A stretch of DNA of 63,810 nucleotides, counting the filler, from Chiloscyllium plagiosum (taxonomy: Eukaryota): the NCBI RefSeq assembly GCF_004010195.1. It is 3 parts of one record of this genome, joined end to end, with 100 filler letters (N's around TTAATTAATTAA, not from the genome) between each part and the next. Parts side by side here need not be neighbours in the genome. Positions count along the whole stretch, not along the records: positions 30,759 to 59,348 come from NC_057716.1; positions 59,449 to 63,810 come from NC_057716.1; 1 more part is not named here. One strand, given 5' to 3'. Both the position numbers and the translations under genes were made by a program. Numbering within the stretch: position 1 is the stretch's first letter; every line of letters begins with the position of its first letter. A model generated the notes under the pieces. That model searched no databases. It worked only from the letters and a program-made list of their open reading frames with translations, and was not told the origin of the DNA. Positions 50,816 to 61,744 of the stretch are shown piece after piece.

Positions 50816-52184
50816 ATTTAGAGTTGGGAGGGAAAGGGTCTGAATGGAAAATGCAATAGAGCAGTGTTGGTGCATGAAATTGAACAGCATTACGCTGAGC
50901 AGTCACAACAAAATCATAATCAAATAACATGACAAGAAATAATAATCTAATCTGGCTGTGATTTGAACTCTGGGGTTTGACCTTTGGGCTTGCAATCTTA
51001 CTTGAACCAAAGTTAATCCTTATGGAAGAAGTTAATGAAATAAAAGTAGGCTGTGATTCAAGGGAGCTGCTGCCTTATTAGCTCATGTACTGTAACGTCA
51101 GAGAAGCTGCTTCCCCAGTCTAATCCTATTAGTTGCCAACCGCTGGTGATTGATAGTGTCTGGCTTGTCTGTACAGTGTGGAAATCTAAATTTAAATGGG
51201 TCTCACGATGAATATATTCCAGCCAGAAATGTGTACAATATGATGATAAAACCAGCAAGCCTTCACTGCAGGCTGTTCTGGCTCTCATATTTTCTCTTTG
51301 TGTATTGGTCTCTTTCATGTAACGTTTACTTGGGGGACACTCGAAACAGACCAATTTGGATAGCCATCCTGTGGAAATAAGTGACATTAATTGGGTTTGG
51401 ATGCAATTTAAATACAAATTACTACAGCTCCTCCCCTTTACATGCATTAAATGTGTTATTTTTCTCATCTAGGGAGCAAGAGTACAATGAGTTTATGCTC
51501 ATAGAAATATAGGAACAGGTGGCCATTCAGCCCTAGAGCTTTTTCCACATTCCAATCAACATGGCTGATTCAGAACTTAAATCCGTCTGCCTATTTGGGT
51601 AACTTACTCCTTAATACCTTTACAGAACAGAAGTTATCAACTCAGGTTTGAAATTTTCAACGGATCCCCCGAACTTCAACAGTCTTCTGCAGGGGGACAA
51701 AGTTCCAGACTTCCACCATTACCTGCAAATGTCAAAAAGTGGTTTGTGCCATCATTCCTGAACAGGGAGGGTGAGAAGTCTCTAGGGGGAACTGGGAAAG
51801 TAATAGGATAGGAAAGGTGGGTGTCAAGTGGCAATTAAGAAACTGGATACAGTCAAAGGGCAAATATGGAGGCCTGTGGGAACACATCATTGCATCAAAC
51901 AGGGTACTGTTTAAACCTTTTTTGAAATTTGTGGTTTTGAAACACATTTTGTCAAGATAATCTTTTTATTTTCTTGAGGACTGAGAGTCTTTGAAACTTT
52001 GGAGACTTTGCCACAAAAAGTAGTGAAGGTGGGATCATTGCAAAGGTAGATATGGATTCTTCATATGGAAGATGATTCTTGTTGGGCTAGATGTTGGGAT
52101 TGATGGGAATGTGGAATTCAGCACAAACACATCAGCTGTGATACTGAATGGTAGAGAATGCTCTGAGTCAAATGGCCTTTTAAC

Positions 52185-52510
52185 GTTTTTTATTATTCAT
52201 TCACTGGACGAGGGGCTAGGCCAGTATTTATTGCCTATTCCTAATTACCTCAGGGCAGTTAAGAGTTAACCACATTGCTGTCGGTCTGGAGACACATGTG
52301 CGGCAGTCTGGGCAGTTTCCTTCTCTAAAAGACAGTAGTGAGCCAGATGCATTTTTCTGACAATTGACAATGGATTCATGACCATCATTAGACTCTTAAT
52401 TCCAGACTTTTTTGTTATTGAAGTCAAATTTAAACTCTGGTCACAAGAACGTTACCTGCGTCCCTGGATTAACAGTCAAGTGATAATACCACCAGGCCAC
52501 CACCTCTCCA
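52185..52510 (-). mobile_element. tRNA-head SINE (related subfamily)
   Basis: Reverse complement has an A-box-like tggcctggtggtattatcac head and the tail gggcagttaagagttaaccacattgctg / ctaggccagtatttattgcctattcctaatt. Confidence 0.7.
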
Positions 52511-53671
52511 TATTTCTAACTTAGAAGCAATTATGATCCTATATGCAATGAGGAAAGGAACCATGACTCTGCAACCTCCATTACTTGTCACAACATCTGA
52601 GAGACCGTGTTTGTGTGGTTAGATTGTGAAAAGGCTGTGTTTGTGGTTAGTGGATTGTAATCTGAGGACTTAGAATTCAAACCCATCATCTCAGTTTGAG
52701 AATTTGAATTTCGTTTTAAGAAAATTTTAAAATTCTATATCTATTATCTGATTGGGGTTAAAAGTGATCATGAAGCCATGGGATTGACTTTAAAATCCAA
52801 ATGACTCATTGTTTTTCAGTGAATGAAAAGTGCTATGCTTGTCTGTCCTGGCCTGGTCCGTTCCTCCTGGAACTCCACGCTCGAAAAGAACAGTTTAGGT
52901 TGACCATGGAATGGGGCTGGTCTTACATCAAAGAGCTGAGTGTGTCATTGGTTGAGCCATGCTAACAGCTAGGCAGCAACATGTGTGCACTTTTCACGTA
53001 GTAATATCCTAGGTCCACTGAAGTGGGATCAAACCAGCTTTGATGACAACCTATGTAAGGAGATATGACAAGTGAAATTGGGGGTGTTCTGAAAAACCTT
53101 TTTGGAAATGGAAGGAGGGAGGTAGCAGAGTTTTTAGGGAGAGATTTCCAGAACTTTGGGTTTAGGCGCTGAAGGCACGGTTTGCCAAGAGAGAGGTAAA
53201 TGGATACAGTGATACAAGAGAGACTGTCAGTCTTGGGGGAGTGCAGAGGTCTTGGAGGGTTTTAGACTTGAGGTTTACAGAGTTGAAGAACAGAAGTGTA
53301 GGAAGAGGAAGATGGAGTCTGAACACCCTCCCCACCCCAAAAAAAACACACCCCTTCCAAGAAGTAACATCAGCACAGAGAAGCTCTTGTCTTTGTTGCA
53401 GCGTAATTAACAACGATTTAATTTTCTTTAGCACTGGGCTGTGGTAATAGAAGTCCCATTTCATTAGCCGCTTTGGCTGCTTCCAGGACCTGTTAGTTTT
53501 GAATGGCTTCTCTCCTAATTGCCATGTAATCTTTCTGCTGGGAAGCATTTGTGCTCACTTATGTTGGGCGTCTGAGTAGGGGGCTTTACAGCTGGCTGCC
53601 TGCTGGAGAGTCAATTTAAACATTTCTCACTGTAGCGTTAAGTCAGCATCTAAATTCCTGCACTGTTTTGA

Positions 53672-54019
53672 TTTGGAGATGTCGGTATTGGACTGGGGTG
53701 TACAAAGTTAAAAATCACACCACACCAGGTTATAGTCCAACCGGTTTAATTGGAAGCACACTAGCTTTCGGAGGGTTTTGTGATTTACACATGAAAGAAG
53801 TGAAACTATCACTGTATTCTAACAGATGAAAGGCTTAACAGACAATCAATTTTTCAATGTATAATTTCAGTTACATCGCACTGCAAATTTTTGCTATAAA
53901 TTCTGTGTTACGATCGAGCCCTCCACAATCACCTGACGAAGGAGCGTTGCTCTGAAAGCTAGTGTGCTTCCAATTAAACCTGTTGGACTATAACCTGGTG
54001 TTGTGTGATTTTTAACTTT
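53672..54019. mobile_element. Penelope-like (family B) fold-back insertion with hammerhead motif at 53930-53964
   Basis: Inverted arms ~53704-53773 / 53950-54019. Imperfect TSD gcactgttttga / gaactattttga. Core CAC-CTGACGA-A-GGAGC(GTT)GCTCT-GAAA-GCTA-GTG. Confidence 0.78.
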
Positions 54020-54480
54020 GAACTATTTTGAGTCGCAAAGCTGTTCTTAGGCTGTCAGATCAACGAACTTAGATACTCTGTGCTTCTTTCATCCAGTCCC
54101 TTGTGTGCTCTTTCAGAGACCAGTGGATCCCTTATTCTGTGCATGCAATACTCATTCTGCTCCCACTTAATTACAGTATATAGATTGTTCATCATTGACT
54201 TGATACAGGAGCAGAAAATAAACTGAGTGGATTTGAGCTCCTCCAGGTAAGATCAAGAAGGATCAGCTTTTGTGACTGGCTCACATTTCCTCTGATTTTC
54301 ATCAGTGTTACTTTAACATTTTGCAATCAACTTAAGCAGGACAGATCAGTGTTTTCATGTGGACCATGCATTTTAGGAAAGTGGATTTGGTTGTGTAAAC
54401 CTTCAGTACTCAAGTGTTGGCAGAGGCAATAAAGTTTGAAGGCAGATATGTAACTCAGACCTGTGTGCTAGTTGCATTTG

Positions 54481-57400
54481 GGAACGCAGCATAATGATCA
54501 TGTTACTGGACAAATAATTTAGACATAGGTTTAAATCTTATCACTACAGATGAGAGAATTTAAATTCAATTAATGGACAGATCTGTAATAAAAAGCCAGT
54601 TTCAGTAATGATTCATTCTGAACTCACCAGAATTTTGCACATATCAATTTAGTTCACTAATGTCCTTTAGGGATGGAAATCTGTCGCTTTTACCCAGTCT
54701 GGTTGATACACTAGTTCATATCCACAGCAATGAGTTTGAGTGTTAAATGTCCTTGGAATGTCCTAGCAAGTCACTCAGTATTATCACATGGAAAAGCTCA
54801 AAAATAAAGCTTGAAAGACCAACCTGTGTTGATCAGGCATGAGAAGCAAAAACTGCATTCTGTCCAGTTGATCCTGCAAACTCCTATTAGCATCTGTGGC
54901 CTTGCGTCAAAAACTGCACTGTGGAGTAGTCAAGTAACATAGTCGTAGTCACTGAATCCTCCTGTACAATCACTATCACTCCTATCCCACCCCTGGTGCG
55001 TTCTGTCTCACCTTGGACAGTTCCACCTGAGGTGGAAATGCAGCAGTATAAAGTCAGGATGATGTCCTGGAACCATCAACGTTGTCTCTGTACCCCATGA
55101 AGTATTGTGGCATCAAGTCAAACATAGTCAAGGAAACCACCTACTACTTACCATCTAGCTCCCTCCAGCTGATGAATCCATATTCTTCCGTCTTGAACAC
55201 CATTTAGAAGAAGCATTGAATGTGGGAAGGGCACAGTACACCTGGGAATGGGGAATTTCAATGTTTATCACCAAGACTGGGTTGGCAGCACCATGACTGA
55301 CAGAACAGAAGGATGGAGCTACTATTTTGGACTTGTGGCAGGTGGAGGGAACCAACAAGGGAAAGCTATGTGATCTTACTCTCTCAACTCTACTTTGTAG
55401 CAGTAAGACTGTCCTTGTGGAAACAAAGGCTTATCTTCACATCAATATCCTCCAATATGTTGTGTGGCATTATCACTGTGCTAAATGGAATAGGTTTTGA
55501 AGCGATTTAGCAGCTGAAAACAAAACTTCCATGAGGCAGTATGGGCTGTCAGCAGAATTGGAGTCAACCACTGTCTGTGGCCTCATGGCTTGCATTTCCA
55601 TTATCATCAAGAAAGATATAATCCTTGTTTTAATGAAGAGTACAGGAGGGCATACCAGGAGCTGCCCCCCGGCTTACCTAAAAATGAAGCGTTGACCTGG
55701 TGAACCTAAAACACAGGATTACTTGGATGCCAGACAGCAGAAGCTGCATGCAATTGACAGGACTAAGTGATCGCAAAACTGCTAGATCATATCTAAGCTC
55801 TGCAGTCCTTCGCATCGAATGGTGATGGATAATTTAAACAACTCACTGGAGAAGGCGCCACAAATATCCCATCCTGAATGATGGCGGAAGCTGGTACATC
55901 ATTGGTCAGAAATGCTGAATAGATGGTCCATCTCTGCCTCTCCAGCATTATACCATAGCTGCATTCATCTAATTAAATTCACTTCATGTGCTATGAAGAA
56001 ATGGGGAGATGGTGAAGTGGTCACTGACTAGTAATCTAGAGGCCAAGCTAATAATCTGGGGACAAGATTCAAATCCCACCACAGGAACTGGTTGAATTTA
56101 AATTCAATTAATCAATTTAGAATTGAAAGTCATAGTTTTGTGGTCACCATCAGCTATTGTCAAAACCCATCTGGATCCTTTTTGGAGGAATCTAATAGGT
56201 GGGAACCTTGCATGTTCTCGCCTACCTAATTCCAGATACCCAGTGGCTAACTTTTGGCCCTGAAAATTCAGTTTTTTTTTAAGCTATTCAGTTTGAGGAC
56301 AATTGTGATGGGAAATAAGCACTAGCTTTGTGGGCGACACTTTTATCTCATGAAGGAATTTTTAAAAATATGGCTGAAGGTGCTGGATACTGCAAAGGCT
56401 GTAGACCCTAACAGCATTTTGGCAGTAATACTGAAGAAATCTGCTCCAGAGCTCGCTGTGCTCTCAGCCACTTTGTTCCAGTACAGCTACAACACTGGCA
56501 TCTTCCTGATGATAATGTGGAAATTGCCCAACTATGTCCTGCACACAAAAAGCAAGACACATCCAACAAGCCCATTACCAACCTATCAGTTGTCTTTTGA
56601 TCATCAGGAAAGTGCCAGAAGTTTGTCAACAATGTTATCAAATGGAATTTACTCAACAAATACTTTTTGGCACTCAACTGGGTTCTGCACAAGCCATGCT
56701 GCTCCAGACCACATTATAATCTTGGTCTAAACATGAACTTGAGGTGAGGCAAGAGTGATTACCTTGATGACAAGAAGTCCTAGTAAAACTGAAGTAAATG
56801 GGAATCAAAGTCTCCACGATTGGGGTTGTACCTCGCACAGAAAATGATGGCTGTGGTTGGCAGAGGTCAATTACCTCCATTCCAAGACATTATTGCAGGA
56901 GTTCCTCAGGTTAGTGTCCTAGGATCGATCATCGGCTGTTTCATCAATTACCTTACCTCCATCATAAGGTCAGAAGTGGGGATATTCACTGATAGCACGA
57001 TATTCAGTACCTTTTGCAACCCAACTACTGAAGCAGCCCAAGTTCAATGCAGCAAGCCCTGGACACATCCACGATTGAGCTAATAGATGTGAGGTAATAT
57101 TGGTGCTGTATAAGTGCCAAGTGATGACCGTCTTCAACAAGAGAGCATCTAACCATCTGCTGATACTCAATGGCACTACCACTGCCAAGTCCCTACCATC
57201 AACATCCTGGGAGTTACCATTGACCAGAAACTGAATGAAATCAGCCACATAATTATTGTGGCTACAAGAGCAGGTCAAAGGTTCAGAGTAACTCATCTTT
57301 TGGCTCACCAGTGCCTGACCACCATGCACAAAGCATTGACTCTCCAGATACCTGGATGAATGCCGCTTCATCAATGCTCAAGGAGTCCATTCAGGACAAA

Positions 57401-57795
57401 ACACTCTGCATGCCATTCACCACCTTCAACATTCATCCTCTCCACCATTAACCGTTGGAGCAGTGTGCGGCAATAATAGATGCACCCCAGTAACTCTAAG
57501 TCTCCTTCAACAGCAGCATTCAAAGCCACAACCTCTACCATCTAGAACGACAAAGACAACATACAAATGGGAACACCATAACCTGTAGATTCCCCTCCAA
57601 CCCCTACATTTTCCTGACATGGAAATGTACCACCATTCCTTCACTGTCACTGTCAAAATCCTGGAGTTCTTTTTTAACAACACTGTGCGTTTACCTACAC
57701 CATATGGACTGCAGAGGCTCAAAAAGGCAGCTCACCACTCTTGAAGGTCAAGTAGGTATAGATACCAAATGTTAGTCTCGCCAGTGATACTCCTG
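54481..57795 (+). mobile_element. Near full-length decayed non-LTR retrotransposon (APE + RT, CR1/L2/Jockey-group type), no ORF1, with a tRNA-like 5' head
   Basis: APE start remnant ~54885-54960; HLEEALNVGRAQ..W.G.FNV; LDTAKA..P..I.A.ILK..APELA; VPQ.SVLG at ~56901; GIFTD (FADD) at ~56980; 3' UTR ggactgcagaggctcaaaaaggcagctcaccac. Confidence 0.8.
56004..56360 (+). mobile_element. tRNA-head SINE nested in the LINE ORF
   Basis: gtggtcactgactagtaatctagaggcc...gattcaaatcccaccac...gatgggaaataagcactagc. It splits the K.WLK.LDTAKA coding region, with aagaaatgg / aaatatgg flanks. Confidence 0.72.
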
Positions 57796-57954
57796 AACAT
57801 ATAAAGGTTAGGCTGGGAGAGTCAGAACATGCTCTTCTTTAAAGGGAGACACATTGCAGTAGTTAGCTCATTAGCAGCTTGTAATGGAGCCTTATGTCCT
57901 TCAGAAAAAAATGTCCAATGTAGTTCATGTATGTACCATTCCTTGAAGGTGCAG

Positions 57955-58270
57955 TCGCAAGGGGCAGTGGACAGAGCTCTTGTTTCTGAATCAGAAGGGT
58001 AAGTTCAAGTCCCACTCCAAAGACTTGAACTTAAGTACTGTACTGCAATGTCAGTCTTGAATCAGAGGGTGTGCTGATAAAGTGCAGTCTTTTGGATGTG
58101 ATGTTAAACTCCTTGCATGATTCGTATGAATTTGAAAATGGGGCAAGCAAGTTCAAATCTGACTAGTACTCTGACCATCACTTATTTCTCACTTAAACTG
58201 GCAAGAAATGATTAATTAGTTATTTATCTCAGCTGCTGTCTGAGGAACCTTGCTCTATATAAATTAGAGA
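57955..58270 (+). mobile_element. DeuSINE-type SINE
   Basis: ggcagtgg...tctgaatcagaagg..gttcaagtcccactccaaagacttga...gatgttaaac. Confidence 0.65.
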
Positions 58271-58984
58271 TGACAACTGCGATCTCCACAAGTTTCCGTG
58301 ATTCACACTTGTAGTCAGGTCACTGGCAGAATTCTTTGCTCTTCAGGTAATGCTGTGCAATCTTTTACGTCTACCTAAATTGCCTTCATAGATGGGCTTT
58401 AGTTTGGTACCACTCAACACCCAGCACCAGGCCAGGTGAGAGTTTGATTTTTAACTTGTCCTTTTACCAGGCAACAAGACTGTCTTCAATACAAAAAGGT
58501 CAGTAGCGAGTGTCTAAATCAGTAGGCTTCTTACGAGCCCCAAATAATGCATCCTGGTTATTTAATTTCAGAGGAGTTTGTTGGAAATCAGAAGGCTGTA
58601 GCTTTCATTAATTTTTCTCATCTTTTACCCCTTAATTTTCCAGGAAATAGTATTATATTTTTATGTCCAAGTGAATGCGGAGTTGCTTCAGTGAGGTACC
58701 ATTTGGTGAACTGCCAATGTTTATAGGGCTTTGCTGGTGGCATAGGGCATGGAACACATGTCACTTGTTCTGAAGTGTAGTCAGTGCCAGTGTGTGGACA
58801 TCAGTGGTATTATTAACCACCAACAGTCGCCAAACACATGTGATGATTCATTGAGCATTTTTTTTGGGCTTTCAATCAGACCAAGTGCAAGTTTCTTCAG
58901 GAACCCTAGGTTTTAAGCTCCATTTCATCCACATTTATACAGACAGCCTTTTTTGACTGTTCCTGTCACCTCCTTCAGTGAGAT

Positions 58985-59348
58985 TTTTTTTTTTTAATTT
59001 CAAAAATATACTTTATTCATATATTTAATCTATACAATTGGACATGTCATCATTCTGTAAACATTGCATTTCTTTACGTATCGAAACAGGGTAATCATTC
59101 ATATTCACAGGTTGGTGCGATTACATTGAGCTCAGACGCCAGCGGAGCCCAAATGACTGCGTGGGCCCCCTGTTCTTCTTTAGGCAGGCAGATGTTAGAC
59201 GGTGGTCTTTCCCCACCGCGCCTTGGCGGCAGCTGCCCCAAGCTTCAGCGCGTCCCTCAACACGTAGTCCTGGACCATGGAATGTGCCAGTCTGCAACAC
59301 TCAGTCGGGGTCAACTCCTTCAGCTGGAAGATCAACAGGTTTCGGACC
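58985..59348 (-). mobile_element. Tx1/L1-clade element 3' end with polyA tail, cut by the gap
   Basis: Minus translation RNLLIFQLKELTPTECCRLAHSMVQDYVLRDALKLGAAAAKARWGKTTV* (stop 59195-59197). AATAAA (tttatt ~59012) and T-run at 58985-58995. Confidence 0.75.
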
Positions 59349-59448
59349 NNNNNNNNNNNNNNNNNNNNNNNNNNNNNNNNNNNNNNNNNNNNTTAATTAA
59401 TTAANNNNNNNNNNNNNNNNNNNNNNNNNNNNNNNNNNNNNNNNNNNN
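59349..59448. other. Artificial scaffold gap/linker
   Basis: 44 N + TTAATTAATTAA (59393-59404) + 44 N. Confidence 0.97.
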
Positions 59449-59965
59449 ACGGTATTAGGCAAGAACTTTCGAAAGCTGATTGGAGGCAGATGTTAGCAGG
59501 TAAAGGGACGGCTGGAAAATGGGAAGCCTTCAGAAATGAGATAATGAGAATCCAGAGAAAGTATATTCCTGTCAGGGTGAAAAGAAAGGCTGGAAGGTAT
59601 AGGGAATGCTGGATGACTAAAGAAATTGAGGGTTTGGTTAAGAAAAAGAAAGAAGCATATGTAAGGTATAGACAGGATAGACCGAGTGAATCCTTAGAAG
59701 AGTATGAAGGCAGTAGGAGTACACTTAAGAGGGAAATCAGGAGGGCAAAAAGGGGATGTGAGATAGCATTGGCAAATAGAATTAAGGAGAATCCAAAGAG
59801 TTTTTAAAAATACATTAAGGACAAAAGGGTAATTAGGGAGAGAATGGGGCCCCTCAAAAGATCAGCAAGGTGGCCTTTGTGTGGCGCCACAGTAAATGGG
59901 GGAGATACTAAATGAGTATTTTGCATCAGTATTTACTGTGAAAAAGGATATGGAAAATATAGACA
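59449..59965 (+). mobile_element. CR1 ORF2 linker-region fragment
   Basis: KWEAFRNEIMRIQRKYIP...WMTKEI...REIRRAKR...IKENPKSF...EILNEYFASVFT. Confidence 0.88.
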
Positions 59966-60603
59966 ATACAAATCCTGCAAACTAAACATTCTGACGGGTT
60001 TTAAGAAAGGAATTCTTCAGAATTTGTGACTGATGGGATTGGAGACCCATGTCCTGGGTATTGGCAAAAGATCAATTGATGGCCTCTTTGTCAGCTCACT
60101 GTCACCTGTCCAATGTAGAAATTTATGGTTCAGAAACAGTTGTATGACAATGTTTTAAGCAGACCCAAGCAACTCCCAAAAGCAGTGCTTTGGTACTTTT
60201 GTACTCTGAGCTCGACGATGGAAGATCTGGATCAAAAGTTGGTGGGATGCAGGCATTAGGCTGTGGTACCAGCCACTGTTTTATGATGCTTTATCACCAT
60301 TTTTTGCTTCAAATGCTTCCCGGTGCAGTGTTTCTTGGCTCACATATTTATGGTTAAGGTTTATGGTTATAGTTCAGGCAATTCCACACTGGGGAGGTTA
60401 CACTGAATTTTGATTTCCTGCTCACTATCCAGTGAAATTCTGAAGTAGTTGTCTGGTTTCTAAGAGCAAGGATGTTTTCAGTTCCAAGATGGTGTTTAAG
60501 TGAATGGCCCTTGTCTGTGACTGTGTGCACAAAAACTCTTTTCTGAAGCTGGGCCTAGACGTTTGGACTGCACCCCTCTGAGTTGTTTGTTTGTGTTTCC
60601 CAG

Positions 60604-60780
60604 GTAATGGCTATCGGTCGCACGTTTGAAGAGAGTTTCCAGAAGGCTTTGAGAATGTGCCACCCATCTGTGGAAGGTTTTGTGCCACGGCTCCCAATGA
60701 AGAAGCTTTGGTCTGAGGACTTTGACCTGCAGAAGGATCTGGCTGTTCCCTCAATCCACCGCATCTACTCATTGGCAAAG
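60604..60780 (+). CDS. CPS1: Internal exon (177 bp, phase 0/0) of mitochondrial carbamoyl-phosphate synthetase (CPS1 / fish CPS III)
   Basis: ttcccag|...|gtaatg boundaries. [59 protein letters not shown] matches the recalled CPS1 segment [22 protein letters not shown]. Confidence 0.92.
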
Positions 60781-61109
60781 GTAATGACCACTCACTGAAC
60801 ACAGCCACTGGTAGGTTCAGGAGCTCTCCCAGAATTCTTTCCCGGACAGATATTTCTCTCTCAATGTTCTGTGCTTGGTCCTCGGTGTGTGATTTTCACT
60901 GTCAACGCCAGCACTCCCTTTCCTCCCGTAATTGCCCCCCCGAGCATCGTGTTGTCTCTGAGTCAGGGACATTAAAGTGCTCAAATGCTGCTTCCCTTGG
61001 GGAGGTCTCTCACCACCCCATTCCCCCATTCATCCACCTTGGCTCCTATTAAACTTCACGATTGAGTAGTACTAATTCTGAAGCAGGGCTCTATTTTAAA
61101 AAAATGCAA

Positions 61110-61406
61110 CTTTTTAAAAAAAAGGGTTTTGTGATTTACACATGAAAGAAGTGAAACTATCACTGTATTCTAACAGACGAAAGGCTTAACAGACAATCAA
61201 TTCTTCAATGTATAATTTCAGTTACATCACACTGCAAATTTTTGCGATAAATTCTGTGTTACGATCGAGCCCTCCACAATCACCTGATGAAGGAGCGTCG
61301 CTCCGAAAGGTAGTGTGCTTCCAATTAAACCTGTTGGACTATAACCTGGTGTTGTGTGATTTTTAACTTTGTACACCCCAGTCCAACACCGGCATCTCCG
61401 AATCAT
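61110..61406 (+). mobile_element. Penelope-like family B 3' end (hammerhead-like motif at 61281-61315)
   Basis: Near-identical to 53773-54019. It continues to gtacaccccagtccaacaccggcatctcc. Confidence 0.8.
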
Positions 61407-61742
61407 ATGAAATTATAAGGTGCATAGAGAGGGTTAATGGCCAGCAACTTTTTTTTCCCCAGAGTTGAAATGTCTAAAACTAGGGGCATGGATTTCAAGG
61501 GAGAGGGGAAAGTTCAAAGGAGATCTGAGGGGCAAGTTTTTTTTTAAAAACTGTGTGTGGAACGTAGAATGTGCTGCCAGAGTGGTGATGGAGGCTGATA
61601 CAATAGGGGCGTTAAAGGAACTTTTAGATAAGTACATAAATATGGAGTTATATGGACCAATGGCAGGCAGAAGGGATTTGCTTAATTTGGCATAACATCG
61701 TGGACCCAAGGGCCAGTTCCTGTGCTGTATAGTTCTGCGTTC
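61407..61742 (+). mobile_element. CR1 3' end
   Basis: RGKFKGDLRGKFF...WN...; 3' UTR gggccagttcctgtgctgtatagttct. Confidence 0.75.
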
Positions 61743-61744
61743 TG

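Noticed and set aside
60583..60798. Exon as CAD or a bacterial carB fragment
   Set aside because: RMCHPS and PRLPM are CPS1/CPS III-type, and canonical splice sites flank it, so it is not a bacterial contaminant.
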